This document shows positions 19,071 through 29,409 of a stretch of 64,000 bases of DNA, one piece after another. A model generated the notes under the pieces. That model saw only the letters and a list, made by a program, of their open reading frames with translations. It was not told where the DNA came from and did no database searches. This stretch comes from an uncultured Methylomirabilota bacterium (GTDB lineage Bacteria; Methylomirabilota; Methylomirabilia; Methylomirabilales; 2-02-FULL-66-22), in NCBI GenBank assembly GCA_963705305.1, contig OY970067.1, positions 1,888,001 to 1,952,000 of the forward strand. Direction: 5' to 3'. Both the position numbers and the translations under genes were made by a program. Each line of letters opens with the position of its first letter. The stretch's first letter is position 1.

Positions 19071-20945
19071 ATGGAGAGGAAGGAGGGGCGGGGGAGCGGG
19101 CCCGTTGTTTTCCTCAGCGATGCCCTGGACCGGCTAACCGAGGTTTTCTACCTGGCGACGACGGCCGGATTTGCGGCACTGATGGCGGTGGGAGTCTTCT
19201 GTCGGTACGTCTTGAATAGCTCCCTGGCGTGGTCCGACGAATTGGCGATGATGCTGTTCGTTTGGTCCACGTTCCTGTCCATCGCCACAGGGTATCGGCA
19301 CGATAAGCACACGGGGGTCCGCTTTGTGGTGCAGGCCCTCCCGCCCGCCGGGCAAACAGTGGCAAACTTCCTTGCCGACGGGCTGGCGGGGGGGTTTCTC
19401 TTGAGCCTGCTCATGTCGGGCATCGAGGCCATTCCCTCCACGGTGCGGGTCCATACCGACGTTCTCCTCCTCCCCAGCACCGTGTCGTATGCAGCCATTC
19501 CGGTGGCGAGTGGGTTGATGCTGGTACACTGGCTGCGCCGCATCGTGGCCGAGGACCGCTGGAGAGCGATTATCGGGAAGCTCGTGTTTGCCGCGGCCGT
19601 GTTCGGTCTGCTGTATCTTCCCCTCGGTCTGTATCTGCCCCTCGTTGGCTCGGCGCGCTACTGGTTCCTCACGGTTGTCTTCCTCCTATCGCTTTTCCTG
19701 GGTGTGCCAGTGGCCTTCGCCCTCGGCTTGCTGGCCATCGCCTACCTGTCGGTCGTGGGCACGATGCCCTTCCTGACGGGTGCCATGCAGATATTCTTCG
19801 GAACCGAAACACTTACCTATCTGGCGATTCCGCTGCTCATCCTTTCCGGTACCCTCATGCACGTAGCGGGCATTGCCGAACGGATGGTTGATTTTGCGCA
19901 GGTGCTGGTCGGGCGGGTGCGGGGCGGCCTCGGCATGGCCGACATTGTCACGAGCCTGATCTTTGCCGACATCTCCGGATCGGCTGTCTCGGATACGGCG
20001 GCGATCGGGGCACTGGTCATCCCGGAGATGCAGCGACGAGGGTACCGCGCCGATTTCGCCGTGGCCTTGCAGGCGTCGGCAGGAACGCTGGGTCTGATGT
20101 GCCCGCCCGCCATCGCCCTGATGATTTATGCGGCGGTCATCAACGTGTCGGTGAGCCGCCTCTTCGCTGCCGCCATCGTGCCGGCGTTCCTGGTGGCAGC
20201 GAGTTTTGCGCTGGTGACGTACGTGCACGCCCGTAGGAACGGGTACCCGGCTGAGCATGTGCCCCGCGAGGAGATCCTGCCACGCATCTGGCGAGCCGTC
20301 CCCGGCCTGTTCGCCGGGGTCGTCGTGGTGGGGGGCATTCTCGCCGGGATTTTCACTCCAGCGGAAGCCGGGGCGGTGCTGCTCGTCTACGTGCTCCTGC
20401 TTGGTGTGACGCTCTACCGCAAGCGCATCAACCTTGAGGAGATCGTCCATTCCACCCTAGAGGCGGGCTATACGAGCGGCATGACCCTCTTCCTGACGGC
20501 GACCTCGGTCGCCGTGGGGTTCATGCTGGCGAGTGATCTGATCCCGACACACATCGCCGAGGTCGTCTCTCACCTCACCCAGGACAAGTACATGGTGCTT
20601 CTGCTGCTGAACCTCTTCTTCATTGGCACGGGGGTCCTTCTTGAGCCTCCGGCGGTCATCGTTGCCTTCCTGCCTTCGGTGATGCCGCTCCTGCACAATG
20701 TGGGGGTCGATCCCGTGGTCTGGGGGGTGATATTCGTCATTAATGCCGGAGTCGGCATGATCCACCCGCCGGTCGGTCTCACCTTGTATGTCTCAGCCGC
20801 AATCGGCAAGGTGCGAATTGAGCGGGCGGCGCTCGCGGCGTTACCGTTTCTTGCGATCATGCTGCTGGATCTGATTCTCGTCTCGCTGGAGCCCAATTTC
20901 TCCCTGCTCTTGCCGCACCTTCTTTTTGGTTATCCCTTGAGGTGA
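19071..20945 (+). CDS. TRAP transporter fused small+large permease (DctQM)
   Basis: DctQ-like N-terminus (RYVLNSSLAWSDEL), DctM motifs ISGSAVSD, TPAEAG, HPPVG. Confidence 0.9.
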   Translation: MERKEGRGSGPVVFLSDALDRLTEVFYLATTAGFAALMAVGVFCRYVLNSSLAWSDELAMMLFVWSTFLSIATGYRHDKHTGVRFVVQALPPAGQTVANFLADGLAGGFLLSLLMSGIEAIPSTVRVHTDVLLLPSTVSYAAIPVASGLMLVHWLRRIVAEDRWRAIIGKLVFAAAVFGLLYLPLGLYLPLVGSARYWFLTVVFLLSLFLGVPVAFALGLLAIAYLSVVGTMPFLTGAMQIFFGTETLTYLAIPLLILSGTLMHVAGIAERMVDFAQVLVGRVRGGLGMADIVTSLIFADISGSAVSDTAAIGALVIPEMQRRGYRADFAVALQASAGTLGLMCPPAIALMIYAAVINVSVSRLFAAAIVPAFLVAASFALVTYVHARRNGYPAEHVPREEILPRIWRAVPGLFAGVVVVGGILAGIFTPAEAGAVLLVYVLLLGVTLYRKRINLEEIVHSTLEAGYTSGMTLFLTATSVAVGFMLASDLIPTHIAEVVSHLTQDKYMVLLLLNLFFIGTGVLLEPPAVIVAFLPSVMPLLHNVGVDPVVWGVIFVINAGVGMIHPPVGLTLYVSAAIGKVRIERAALAALPFLAIMLLDLILVSLEPNFSLLLPHLLFGYPLR

Positions 20946-21113
20946 AGCCCGGGGTCGTCAAAGGCGTCTCCGGTAGCGTCGAATGGGCCTCGTGAGTTCG
21001 GGGACGCAGTTCAAGGGAAGAACTTCCAACCATCTGGAGAAGAGGGGGATAGCCCCCTGCGCATCAGAAGCGGTAGTGTGCCGGCGCTTACCCGCAAGCA
21101 GAGGAGGTCCATT

Positions 21114-21860
21114 GTGGCAATAACCCTCCGGTATCTTGGCTGGTCGGCCTTTGAAATGAGTTTGGCCGATGGGCGGCGGATTGTCCTCGATCCACTACTC
21201 ACGGGAGCGCCCGACCAGGATGTGCCGCCGAGTCCGGCGAAGGTGGAGGAATTTGATAAGGCCAGCATGGTCCTGGTGACCCACGCAGCAGGGGATCACC
21301 TCGGGCAGGCGTTCGACATCCTCCGCCGGAGCAAAGCGACGCTGGTCTGCGATGTCGCTACCAGGTTCCTGGCCCTGGCGGCCGGCATTAGGAGAGAGCG
21401 CATTTACCACATGGTTCCCGGCGTCCAGTTCGAGTTTGAGGGCCTTCGCGTCAAGGCGCTCGCGGCCCAACATCTGTCATTTCGAGAGGTTGGCCCGAAC
21501 GCATACATCAGTGCGCCGCCTCTGAGCTATCTCGTGACCACCCCGGAGGGAGACCGCATCTTCCTGGGAGGCGACAGTGCGATCAGCAAGGATCATCAGC
21601 TGTTCGGGGAGTTATACGAACCGCAGATCGCCGTTCTCGGAGTTGGTGGAGTCAATGTAATGGGCCAGTCCTTTACGGAGCTTTACCCCGCGGAGGCGGC
21701 CCTCGTCGCCAAGTGGCTGAAGGTCCAAGTGGCGATCCCCATCCATTATCGCTTCGATGAAGGAGTGCGATTCGCACAGGAGCTGAAATCCCGCGCTCCG
21801 GGGGTCCGGGCCAAGCTGCTTCGTCCTGGCGAATTCTATCGGTACCCGGACCCGGCGTGA
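21114..21860 (+). CDS. Metallo-beta-lactamase-fold hydrolase (UPF0173/UlaG-like)
   Basis: GAGGAGG RBS + GTG; LDPLL, VTHAAGDH, GGDS, IPIHY. Confidence 0.82.
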   Translation: MAITLRYLGWSAFEMSLADGRRIVLDPLLTGAPDQDVPPSPAKVEEFDKASMVLVTHAAGDHLGQAFDILRRSKATLVCDVATRFLALAAGIRRERIYHMVPGVQFEFEGLRVKALAAQHLSFREVGPNAYISAPPLSYLVTTPEGDRIFLGGDSAISKDHQLFGELYEPQIAVLGVGGVNVMGQSFTELYPAEAALVAKWLKVQVAIPIHYRFDEGVRFAQELKSRAPGVRAKLLRPGEFYRYPDPA

Positions 21861-22316
21861 TTTGCCGGGGTCCGAAAGCAGGGTACCGGACACTTTTGCG
21901 AGGTGAGCGGCTGAGGTCCTTGAATGGCGCCCGCAATTCCTGCCGATCAAGGCGGTCGAGCCCCGGAGGCGCGAGCGCCGAGGGGGAGCTGGGACAATTC
22001 GAACTTCGGAATGCGAGTCTCGAAATGGAAGGAAACGGGATACAGGCAGCCCAACGCACCGCCTCCTGAGGGCGAAGAGGCGCAGAGGCAAACGAGATGG
22101 GGAGGCGACAGGGAGAGAGGGTGCGGGGGTGAAGACGCGTTGAGGGTTTTGTTAACTCAACGGACATGCCTATTGCGGGCAGGCGCCGTGGAGGCGCCGG
22201 GTCCCGCCAGCGGAGGTCCGGCCCGGCGTCCCTCCCCCAAATAGGCGTTGCCCCCGCGGGCCGAGCCGTGGTATGCGAGGGCGGTTCTCAACCCGCGGGC
22301 ACAGGAGGACACCTGC

Positions 22317-22970
22317 ATGGATTCGCGCGAGATCTGCGAGCGGTACGAGCGGTTGTACACGGGGGCGGTCGCCGACATCCTGGACGAGAAGGGGTACCGG
22401 TCCCAGTGCCTCGGCGCGGCGCTCCGGCCCCTGCTGCCCACCCGGCGGGCGGCCGGCTTTGCCTACCCGGCCCTGGGGGAGGCCTGCGCGGACGTGGGCT
22501 ACGACTGCCGGCCCGCCATCCTGACGTTTTTGGGCGGGATCCCCACGAATTCGATGGTGGTCTTCGACCCAGGCAAGGAGAAGGTCTGCGCCGCCTGGGG
22601 TGAGTTCATGGCGCTGGTGGCGCGAAACAACGGCTGCCGTGGCGTGGTCGTGGACGGGCCGATCCGCGACGCCGAGATGATCGTCCAGGCCGAGTTCCAG
22701 ATCTTCCACACCGGCTTCTGGCCGGTCTCCTCCGTCGGGCGCTGGCGGCCGGTCCACGCCGGCCACCCGGTCCGCTTCCAGGGGGTCGAGGTGCGGCCCG
22801 GGGACCTGGTCCTCGGCGACGTCGACGGGGTGGTGGTGGTGCCGCGGCCCCTGGTGGAGGAGGTGCTCCTGGCCGCCGAGGGCTGCTACCAGGCCGAGCG
22901 GAGCATGAAGGAGGAATTGCGGGCCGGCAAGACCATGGCAGAGGTCTTCGAGAAGTACGGCCGCTGGTGA
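22317..22970 (+). CDS. RraA family protein (HMG/CHA aldolase-like)
   Basis: AGGAGG RBS; WGEFM…VVDGPIRD…VRPGDLVLGDVDGVVVVP. Confidence 0.88.
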   Translation: MDSREICERYERLYTGAVADILDEKGYRSQCLGAALRPLLPTRRAAGFAYPALGEACADVGYDCRPAILTFLGGIPTNSMVVFDPGKEKVCAAWGEFMALVARNNGCRGVVVDGPIRDAEMIVQAEFQIFHTGFWPVSSVGRWRPVHAGHPVRFQGVEVRPGDLVLGDVDGVVVVPRPLVEEVLLAAEGCYQAERSMKEELRAGKTMAEVFEKYGRW

Positions 22971-23028
22971 GGGCCGGGACCCACGATGCCCCCAGGCTTC
23001 GCGAGCATCGCGCTCCCGGTCCCGCCGC

Positions 23029-24033
23029 CTATTCCTTCCGGCCTGCCTGCCCGGCCTCGATCATGGCCCGGATGTTGTCCACGGGCGTGTCCGGCGCGAC
23101 GGCGCATCCGGCATTGAGGATGTCCACGCCCTCGGCGAGGCACTGCCTGGCCGCAGCAGCCACTTCGCCGGACGAGCCGTCGCGAAGGAGCGAGGTCGGC
23201 AGGTACCCGATCAGGGCCGCCCGGCCCTTGAGATGCGCGCGGGCGGCCGCGATGTCGGTCTTCGCGTCGAAGCTGACGCCGCGAAATCCGGCGGCCGCCA
23301 GGTGCGGCAGCTGCCGGGTCAGGTCGCCACAGATGTGGATGATAAGCGGGCGGCCGATGCCCCCTGTCAGCCGGCGGTGGGAGGGGAAGACGTGCTCCAA
23401 GTACTGGGTCGGGGAGATGAGGTCCCCGGAAGCGGTGGGATCCCCGACCTGGATGAGGTGGGCCCCGGCGGCGTACTGGGCCTCGAGGTAGCGCGCCTCC
23501 AGGCGCGCAGCGGTCGCGACAACCGCCCGCACCTTTTCCGGCTCGTCGAGCATCCACACCAAGAGGGTCTCCACGCCGAATAGGCAGCCGGCCAGCGTGA
23601 AGGGGCCGAGCACCGAGGCGATGACCGGCACGCGCCCGCCGTACTGTCTCCGGGCGATCCGGATGGCCTCCAGGACTACCGGAAAGCGGCCGCGGGCCAG
23701 GAGGTCGTCGGCGAGGGTAAACTCCTCCGGCGTGCGGAAGGGCGGCGTTCGGAGCCTGGGCAGCGCGGTCTGGGTCCCGAAATCGACCTCACCCCCCAGG
23801 GCCTCCGACTCCACCGTCATGTCGATGGGCACCTTCACCGACTCCAGGCCGCAGACGAGGTGCGCCGCCGCGCCGGCACGCGCCATCTGCTCGGGATCGC
23901 GGTGGGCATCCGGCCAGCGCGTCCCCACCTGCCGCATGAGGTCGACGGTCACGACGCTGGTCACGCCCATCACGGGGGCACGATCCACCGGCTGCAGGTT
24001 CAGGACACGCTGAAGTCGTTCGACCGGATTCAC
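23029..24033 (-). CDS. MtaA/CmuA-type methyltransferase (uroporphyrinogen decarboxylase superfamily)
   Basis: WPDAHRDPEQMA, VESEALG, GPFTLA, DPTASGDLISP; Zn ligands H-I-C and C in AGCAV. Confidence 0.85.
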   Translation of the reverse strand: MNPVERLQRVLNLQPVDRAPVMGVTSVVTVDLMRQVGTRWPDAHRDPEQMARAGAAAHLVCGLESVKVPIDMTVESEALGGEVDFGTQTALPRLRTPPFRTPEEFTLADDLLARGRFPVVLEAIRIARRQYGGRVPVIASVLGPFTLAGCLFGVETLLVWMLDEPEKVRAVVATAARLEARYLEAQYAAGAHLIQVGDPTASGDLISPTQYLEHVFPSHRRLTGGIGRPLIIHICGDLTRQLPHLAAAGFRGVSFDAKTDIAAARAHLKGRAALIGYLPTSLLRDGSSGEVAAAARQCLAEGVDILNAGCAVAPDTPVDNIRAMIEAGQAGRKE

Positions 24034-24162
24034 TCACGCCTCGCTTTCGTGAAAGGGCTCGACACCGGGACATACTTCTATCGCCTCCACCGTCCCGGCG
24101 GCAACCCCTTTCTTCCGCTCCCCAGTGCGAATCCCTGATCCCTTCGACGAGGCCCTCCGGCG

Positions 24163-25017
24163 CTAGCGAACTCGCTCAAGGAGCCGGCGGAGGCCGGCCA
24201 GGGACTCCCGCACGCCGTCCTCCGGACGCCCGCCCGGCGGGACGTAATGGTTCTCCAGCGTGATCACCCCCCGGTAGCCATCCTCGGCCAGCGCGCGGAG
24301 CTGTCCCAGCAGATCAACCTCTCCGGTTCCCAGCGCCACCCATCGCGCCATGCCGGTGGCGGGGTCCCGCACGGCATCCTTGACATGGACGTGCCCGACG
24401 AGGTGCTTCACCCGCCGGTAGCCGTCCGGGAAGGGCACCTCCCCGCCGAAGTAGGCGTTTCCCGGATCCCAGAGGAGCCGCAGGGTGGGCGAGTCCAGCT
24501 CGTCGAGGAGGCGCGCCGCCTCCGCGCCTGTCCCCACGTTGCACTCGTAGTCGTTCTCCATCACCAGGGTCATCCCCTCCTGCCGGGCCAGGGCGATCGC
24601 CTCCTGCAATCGCCGGTGAAGCGCCGGCCAGAATGCGCCGGGGTCGCCCTCGATGCGCCAGAAGGAGAAGCACCGGATCAGGCGGGTCTCCAGGAGCCTG
24701 GCGATGCCGAAGGCCCGGCGCAGGACATCCATCTCGCCCGCCTCATCCCGGGGCCGGGCGTGGTGGGTCTCGGCAGGGGCTGTCCCCCGACCTCCGAGGT
24801 AGCACTTAAACAGCGGCGCGGCGACGCAGGGGACACGCAGGCCCCGCTCCCGGATGGTCTTGCAGACCTCCAGCACCGTCTCCTGCGGCTGGTCTGCCAG
24901 GTTCTTGCCCCAGGCGCTGCGAATCTCGATCCAGCGGAGCCCCAGCTCCTGGACGACGTCGAGCGCCCGGGGAAGGTCCTGGTCGATGTCATCGGCGAAG
25001 ACGGCCAGCTCGAACAT
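24163..25017 (-). CDS. Sugar phosphate isomerase/epimerase (xylose isomerase-like TIM barrel)
   Basis: IRCFSF, LVMEND, WDPGN, HVHVKD, LENH metal-binding motifs. Confidence 0.88.
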   Translation of the reverse strand: MFELAVFADDIDQDLPRALDVVQELGLRWIEIRSAWGKNLADQPQETVLEVCKTIRERGLRVPCVAAPLFKCYLGGRGTAPAETHHARPRDEAGEMDVLRRAFGIARLLETRLIRCFSFWRIEGDPGAFWPALHRRLQEAIALARQEGMTLVMENDYECNVGTGAEAARLLDELDSPTLRLLWDPGNAYFGGEVPFPDGYRRVKHLVGHVHVKDAVRDPATGMARWVALGTGEVDLLGQLRALAEDGYRGVITLENHYVPPGGRPEDGVRESLAGLRRLLERVR

Positions 25018-25126
25018 GGGATCCTCCGTGCGGCTTCCGCCGATCACGTCAGGCGGGGACTAGGTGAGGCCGCCAGCATTTCCGGCTCGTAGTGGGCCAG
25101 CGTCGATCCGGGTCCGCGCATGGCGC

Positions 25127-26143
25127 TCACCCGCCTGAGCGCCAGTGGACGATGAGGCCGAGGTGCGACTCCGAATTGTCGCGAAGCATGGCGTGGGCGC
25201 CCAGGGCCCGGTCCATGTCGAGCTCATCGGTGATCAGCCCCTCGGTCGTAAGGTCGCCCGCCGCCATAAGATCGAGGGCCAGGCGCAGGTTCCGCAGGCG
25301 GGGCCATACGTGGCCGGCGTCGAAGGGCAGCGCGGTCTCGTGTCCCCCGACCAGGCGGAGGGCCTTCCGGTGCACCAGGCTGTAGACATCGAGGGCGACG
25401 GTCCCGCGGGTGGAGCCGAGCAGGACGACCCTGCCGCCCCGGGCCGCCGCCTCCAGGGCGATGGCGACCAGGGCCGGATTGCCCGTGGCCTCCACGACGA
25501 TGTCCGCCCCGCCGGCCCCCAGGGCCCGCTCCAGGGCGATCGGGATCTCCTCGCGCGAGGTGTCGACAGGGAGGATGCCCATGCCTTCGGCCAGGCGCAG
25601 CCGCGAGGCCAGCCGGTCCACGCCCGCCACGGGCCGGGCGCCGGCCAGACGGTACAGCTGGCCGGCCAGCAGGCCGACGAGTCCCAGCCCCAGGATGACG
25701 ACGTGCTCGCCCAGCTCGGGCGGGGCCAGGCGCAGGGCCGTGAAGGCGATGCCGGCCAGGCGGGCGAGCGTCGCCCGGGCGCCAGGGACGCCGTCCGGCA
25801 CCGGCACCACGGCGTGGGTCCGCGTGTCGGCCACGGCGAAGGTGCCGTGTCCGGCCTCCATGAGGACCCGCTGTCCCACCTGCAGCCCGCGCACCTCGCT
25901 CCCCAGAGCGTGGACCTCGCCCACCATGGCGTAGCCCGGCCGGTGCGGCATCAGGGGGAACGGCGGCCGGGGCAGGCTGAACCCGATGTGGCTGCCGGTG
26001 AAGATGGCCAGCTCTGTCCCGGGGCTGACCAGGCTGCAGAGCGAGCGCGCGACGACGGCATGGGCCTCGGGGGGCTCGGGAATCTCGAAATGCTCCCAGG
26101 CGGCCTGGTTGACCTCGGGGAACAGCAATCGCAGGGCCTGCAC
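25127..26143 (-). CDS. Zn-binding MDR dehydrogenase (YcjQ/BchC-like, no structural Zn loop)
   Basis: SLVSPGTE, PGY, GLGLVG, VVEATG. Confidence 0.85.
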   Translation of the reverse strand: MQALRLLFPEVNQAAWEHFEIPEPPEAHAVVARSLCSLVSPGTELAIFTGSHIGFSLPRPPFPLMPHRPGYAMVGEVHALGSEVRGLQVGQRVLMEAGHGTFAVADTRTHAVVPVPDGVPGARATLARLAGIAFTALRLAPPELGEHVVILGLGLVGLLAGQLYRLAGARPVAGVDRLASRLRLAEGMGILPVDTSREEIPIALERALGAGGADIVVEATGNPALVAIALEAAARGGRVVLLGSTRGTVALDVYSLVHRKALRLVGGHETALPFDAGHVWPRLRNLRLALDLMAAGDLTTEGLITDELDMDRALGAHAMLRDNSESHLGLIVHWRSGG

Positions 26144-26171
26144 AGACGCCTCCTTGTCGGGGCCGGCGGGA

Positions 26172-27029
26172 TTATCCCTTCAGGCCGGTGGTGGCAATCC
26201 CGCTCACCAGGTACCGCTGAAGGACGGCGAAGACCACCGTGACGGGGATGATGGAGAGCACGGTCATGGCCAGGACGTAATTCCAGTCGGTCACCAGCTC
26301 GCCCCGGAAGCGGGCGAGGCCCAGCTGCAGGGTGAAGAGGCGATCCTGGTTGATCACAATGAGGGGCCAGAGGAAGTCGTTCCACCGCCACATGACGGAG
26401 AACACGGTGAGCACCGCCAGCGCCGGTCGTGTGAGCGGCAGGACGACCTGCCAGAAGACCCGGAACTCGCCGGCCCCGTCGATGCGCGCCGCCTCGAGCA
26501 GCTCGTCCGGGATGGTCAGCATGTACTGCCGCAGGAGGAACACCCCGGTGGGCGTCGCCGACGGGGGGATGATGATGCCCCAGAGGGAGTTTGCCATGCC
26601 GAGCTTGGCGATCACCAGGTACACCGGCAGCATGATGACCTGCAGCGGGATCATGAGGGTGCCGAGGATCACCAGGAAGACGGCATCCCGGCCGGGGAAA
26701 CGGTACTTGCTGAGGGCGAAGGCCGCCATGGAGTTGATGCTGAGGGTGAGCGCGGTCGCCGTCACCGTCACCGTCACGCTGTTCGCCAGGTAGCGCAGGA
26801 ACGGGAAGCGCACGAGGGCGCCCGAGTAGTTGGTCACGATCCAGTGCCGCGGCAGGAAGGTGGGTGGAATATGGTAGATCTCGCTCAGGCCCTTGAAGGA
26901 CGACAGGGCAATCCAGAGCACCGGCAGGAACATCACCGCGGTGCCGAGCACCAGACAGCCGTACGCCCCGATCGTGGCCGCGTCCACCCGTCCGCTGCGC
27001 GGCTGCGCCATCGTGACAGAGGTCGTCAT
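26172..27029 (-). CDS. Carbohydrate ABC permease (MalG-like)
   Basis: ELLEAARIDGA EAA motif, WNDFLWPL. Confidence 0.93.
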   Translation of the reverse strand: MTTSVTMAQPRSGRVDAATIGAYGCLVLGTAVMFLPVLWIALSSFKGLSEIYHIPPTFLPRHWIVTNYSGALVRFPFLRYLANSVTVTVTATALTLSINSMAAFALSKYRFPGRDAVFLVILGTLMIPLQVIMLPVYLVIAKLGMANSLWGIIIPPSATPTGVFLLRQYMLTIPDELLEAARIDGAGEFRVFWQVVLPLTRPALAVLTVFSVMWRWNDFLWPLIVINQDRLFTLQLGLARFRGELVTDWNYVLAMTVLSIIPVTVVFAVLQRYLVSGIATTGLKG

Positions 27030-27039
27030 GCTGGCTCCC

Positions 27040-27921
27040 TCACATCGACTCCCGCGACCGGCCGAGGAGGTATTGCGTGACCGTCAGGGTGAAGATCACC
27101 ACGAACAGCACCAGCGAGGCGGCGGCCGCCAGCCCGAACTGGTCGAGCTGGAACGCGGAACGGTAGATGTACTGGACGATCAGGAGCGTGGCCGTCCCCG
27201 GCCCGCCGCCGGTCAGCACGTAGATGTGGTCGAAGACCTCGAAGCTCCGGATCATGCTGAGGATCAGGACCACCATCATGGTCGGCATCAGCATGGGCAA
27301 CGTCACGTGACGGAAGCCCGCCCACCGGCCGGCGCCGTCGATTCGGGCCGCCTCGTACAGGCTGGCGGGGATGGATTGCAGGCCGGCGAGCACGATCATC
27401 GCGAAGAATCCCAGCGTTGCCCAGACGTGGACGAAGATGGCCCAGAACATGGCCCAGTCCGCGCGGAGCAACCAGGGCTGCCGCGCGAGGCCCAGGTCCT
27501 GCAGCACGGCGTTCAGCACGCCGAACCGGTTGTTCAGGATCCACTGCCACACGAGGGCCACCACGACGGGCGACAGGAGGACCGGGAAGAAGAAAGCGCT
27601 CCGGAAGAACCCGCGAAGGCGGACGTTCTGGTTCAGCAGCACGCCGATCAGGACCGACAGCAGGGTGATCAGGCCGACGTCGCCCACCACGAAGACCACG
27701 AGGTTCTGCATGGCCCGCCAGAACAGGTCGTCCTGCTGGGCCAGGTAGCGAAAGTTCGCGAGGCCGGCGAACTCGGGGGGGTGGTAGGGCGAGGTCCGGA
27801 ACAGGCTGAGGTAGAAGTTGTACAGGGCCGGGGCGATGATGAAGATGGCAAAGACGGCCAAGTTGGGCGAGAGGAACAGGTACGGCGTGATCCTGATCCG
27901 ACCACGGCGGGATGCTTGCAT
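27040..27921 (-). CDS. Carbohydrate ABC permease (MalF-like)
   Basis: GLANF, LAGLQSIP..LYEAARIDGA, LTGGGP; GGAGG upstream of the 27921 start. Confidence 0.92.
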   Translation of the reverse strand: MQASRRGRIRITPYLFLSPNLAVFAIFIIAPALYNFYLSLFRTSPYHPPEFAGLANFRYLAQQDDLFWRAMQNLVVFVVGDVGLITLLSVLIGVLLNQNVRLRGFFRSAFFFPVLLSPVVVALVWQWILNNRFGVLNAVLQDLGLARQPWLLRADWAMFWAIFVHVWATLGFFAMIVLAGLQSIPASLYEAARIDGAGRWAGFRHVTLPMLMPTMMVVLILSMIRSFEVFDHIYVLTGGGPGTATLLIVQYIYRSAFQLDQFGLAAAASLVLFVVIFTLTVTQYLLGRSRESM

Positions 27922-27975
27922 GGCGGCCGGCCTCCAGCCCGACATTGCGCCGGGTGAGCGATGGCCGCCGCCGAC

Positions 27976-28013
27976 CCCTCGGGGCAGGGGCCGGCGGCGG
28001 ACTGCCCCGAGGG
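27976..28013 (-). terminator. Stem-loop after the sugar SBP gene (mRNA stabiliser)
   Basis: Perfect 12-bp stem CCCTCGGGGCAG / CTGCCCCGAGGG directly after the stop codon. Confidence 0.55.
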
Positions 28014-29270
28014 CTACTGCCTGATCAGCTCCTTGGCCTTGGCCTGGGCCAGCCCCAGCGCCTTGTCGACCGTGAGCTCGCCGGTGATGGCCTGGGTCAC
28101 GCGGTCGCGGACCTCGTTGGCGACGGGGCCGAAGTGGAGGTTGTAGTTGTCCACGTACGCCGACTGCGGGAGCTGCCCCAGGCCCTTGACGAAGGTGTTC
28201 ATGTCCTCGTTCCGCACCGGGTACTTCACCCCCCGCCGGACGAGGTCCTTCCGCGTCGGCAGGAACATCGCCTGGCTGACGTACTCGGTCATGGCCTTGG
28301 CGCTGCCCAGGAATTCCATGAGGCGGGCGACCTTGTCGGGCGCCTTGGTGTTCTTGAAGGCGATGATGAACTTGCCGCCCGGCATGCCACCGTGCTGGCC
28401 GTCGTAGCCGTTCATGACCGCCTTCCACTCGAACTTGGTGCCGATGGCCTCGTCGAACTGGGAGACCTGCCAGTTGCCGGAGATGTAGAACACGAGCTGG
28501 CCGTTGACGAACTGCTGGTTGGCGCCCACGTAGCCCGTCCCGCCGGCCCAGATGTCCAGGGGCATCGTCCCGTTCTTGTGGAAGCCCACGAAGGCCTCGA
28601 CCCCCTTCCGGGTCTCCGGGCTGGTGATGCGGACGTCCTTCCCGTCGGCGGTGAAGTAGCCGCCGCCGTAGGACTGGAGGAAGCCGTCCAGGCGATGCCC
28701 GCTGCGGTCCGCCGTCGCCGCGAAGGCCACCCCGGTGGCCTTCTGGACCTTGGCCGGCGCCGCCATCCACTCCTCCCAGGTCACCCGATCGCCGGCGGGC
28801 AGGGGAACGCCGGCCTGCTTGAACAGGCTCACGTTGACGAAGGGCCCGTTCATGGTGAGATCGTGGGGGATGCCGAACACTTCCCCCTTCGGGCCGGTGA
28901 CGGACTTCACCGGCTCGTCCAGGAACTCCTTGATGAAGGTGCGGTTCTTGAGGTACGGCCGCAGATCCAGCGCGTACTGGAAGTAGCGGTACGGCTCGTT
29001 GACGCGGGCCAGGTCGGGCGCCTGGCCGCCGGAGGCCTGCGTGACGAGGAGCTGATTCAGCTCGGCGAAGGGGACGATCGAGAACTCGATCTTGATATCG
29101 GGGTTGGCCTCATTGAACTTCTTCACCAGCCCTTCGATGGCCGGCTTGTCCGGCCCATCCGTGAACCAGAGGAAGCGCAGGGTCGTCACCTGGGCCTCGG
29201 CGGGCGGTCCTGCGACCAGGGCCATCCCGAGGAGGAGCAGGACTGCTGCGAGCAGAGCAGCTCTCTTCAT
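28014..29270 (-). CDS. Carbohydrate ABC substrate-binding protein (CUT1)
   Basis: Signal peptide, FNEANPDIKI, APDL, LFKQAGV. Confidence 0.92.
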   Translation of the reverse strand: MKRAALLAAVLLLLGMALVAGPPAEAQVTTLRFLWFTDGPDKPAIEGLVKKFNEANPDIKIEFSIVPFAELNQLLVTQASGGQAPDLARVNEPYRYFQYALDLRPYLKNRTFIKEFLDEPVKSVTGPKGEVFGIPHDLTMNGPFVNVSLFKQAGVPLPAGDRVTWEEWMAAPAKVQKATGVAFAATADRSGHRLDGFLQSYGGGYFTADGKDVRITSPETRKGVEAFVGFHKNGTMPLDIWAGGTGYVGANQQFVNGQLVFYISGNWQVSQFDEAIGTKFEWKAVMNGYDGQHGGMPGGKFIIAFKNTKAPDKVARLMEFLGSAKAMTEYVSQAMFLPTRKDLVRRGVKYPVRNEDMNTFVKGLGQLPQSAYVDNYNLHFGPVANEVRDRVTQAITGELTVDKALGLAQAKAKELIRQ

Positions 29271-29409
29271 GGGGTCCCCCTTGCCCTTGCGGGCTTCGCC
29301 GGTCAATCAGACGCGGGCCATTTCACAGGATGATGAGCGGCTGTCCGCCTCCAAAAACGCCGCGCAGGCCGGGCGCCCCCCCGCCGGCGTGCCAGCGGCC
29401 GGGACGCCC

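Noticed and set aside
27040..28770. 576-aa ORF
   Set aside because: Only the part from 27921 down is a permease; the rest is an out-of-frame overlap with the SBP gene
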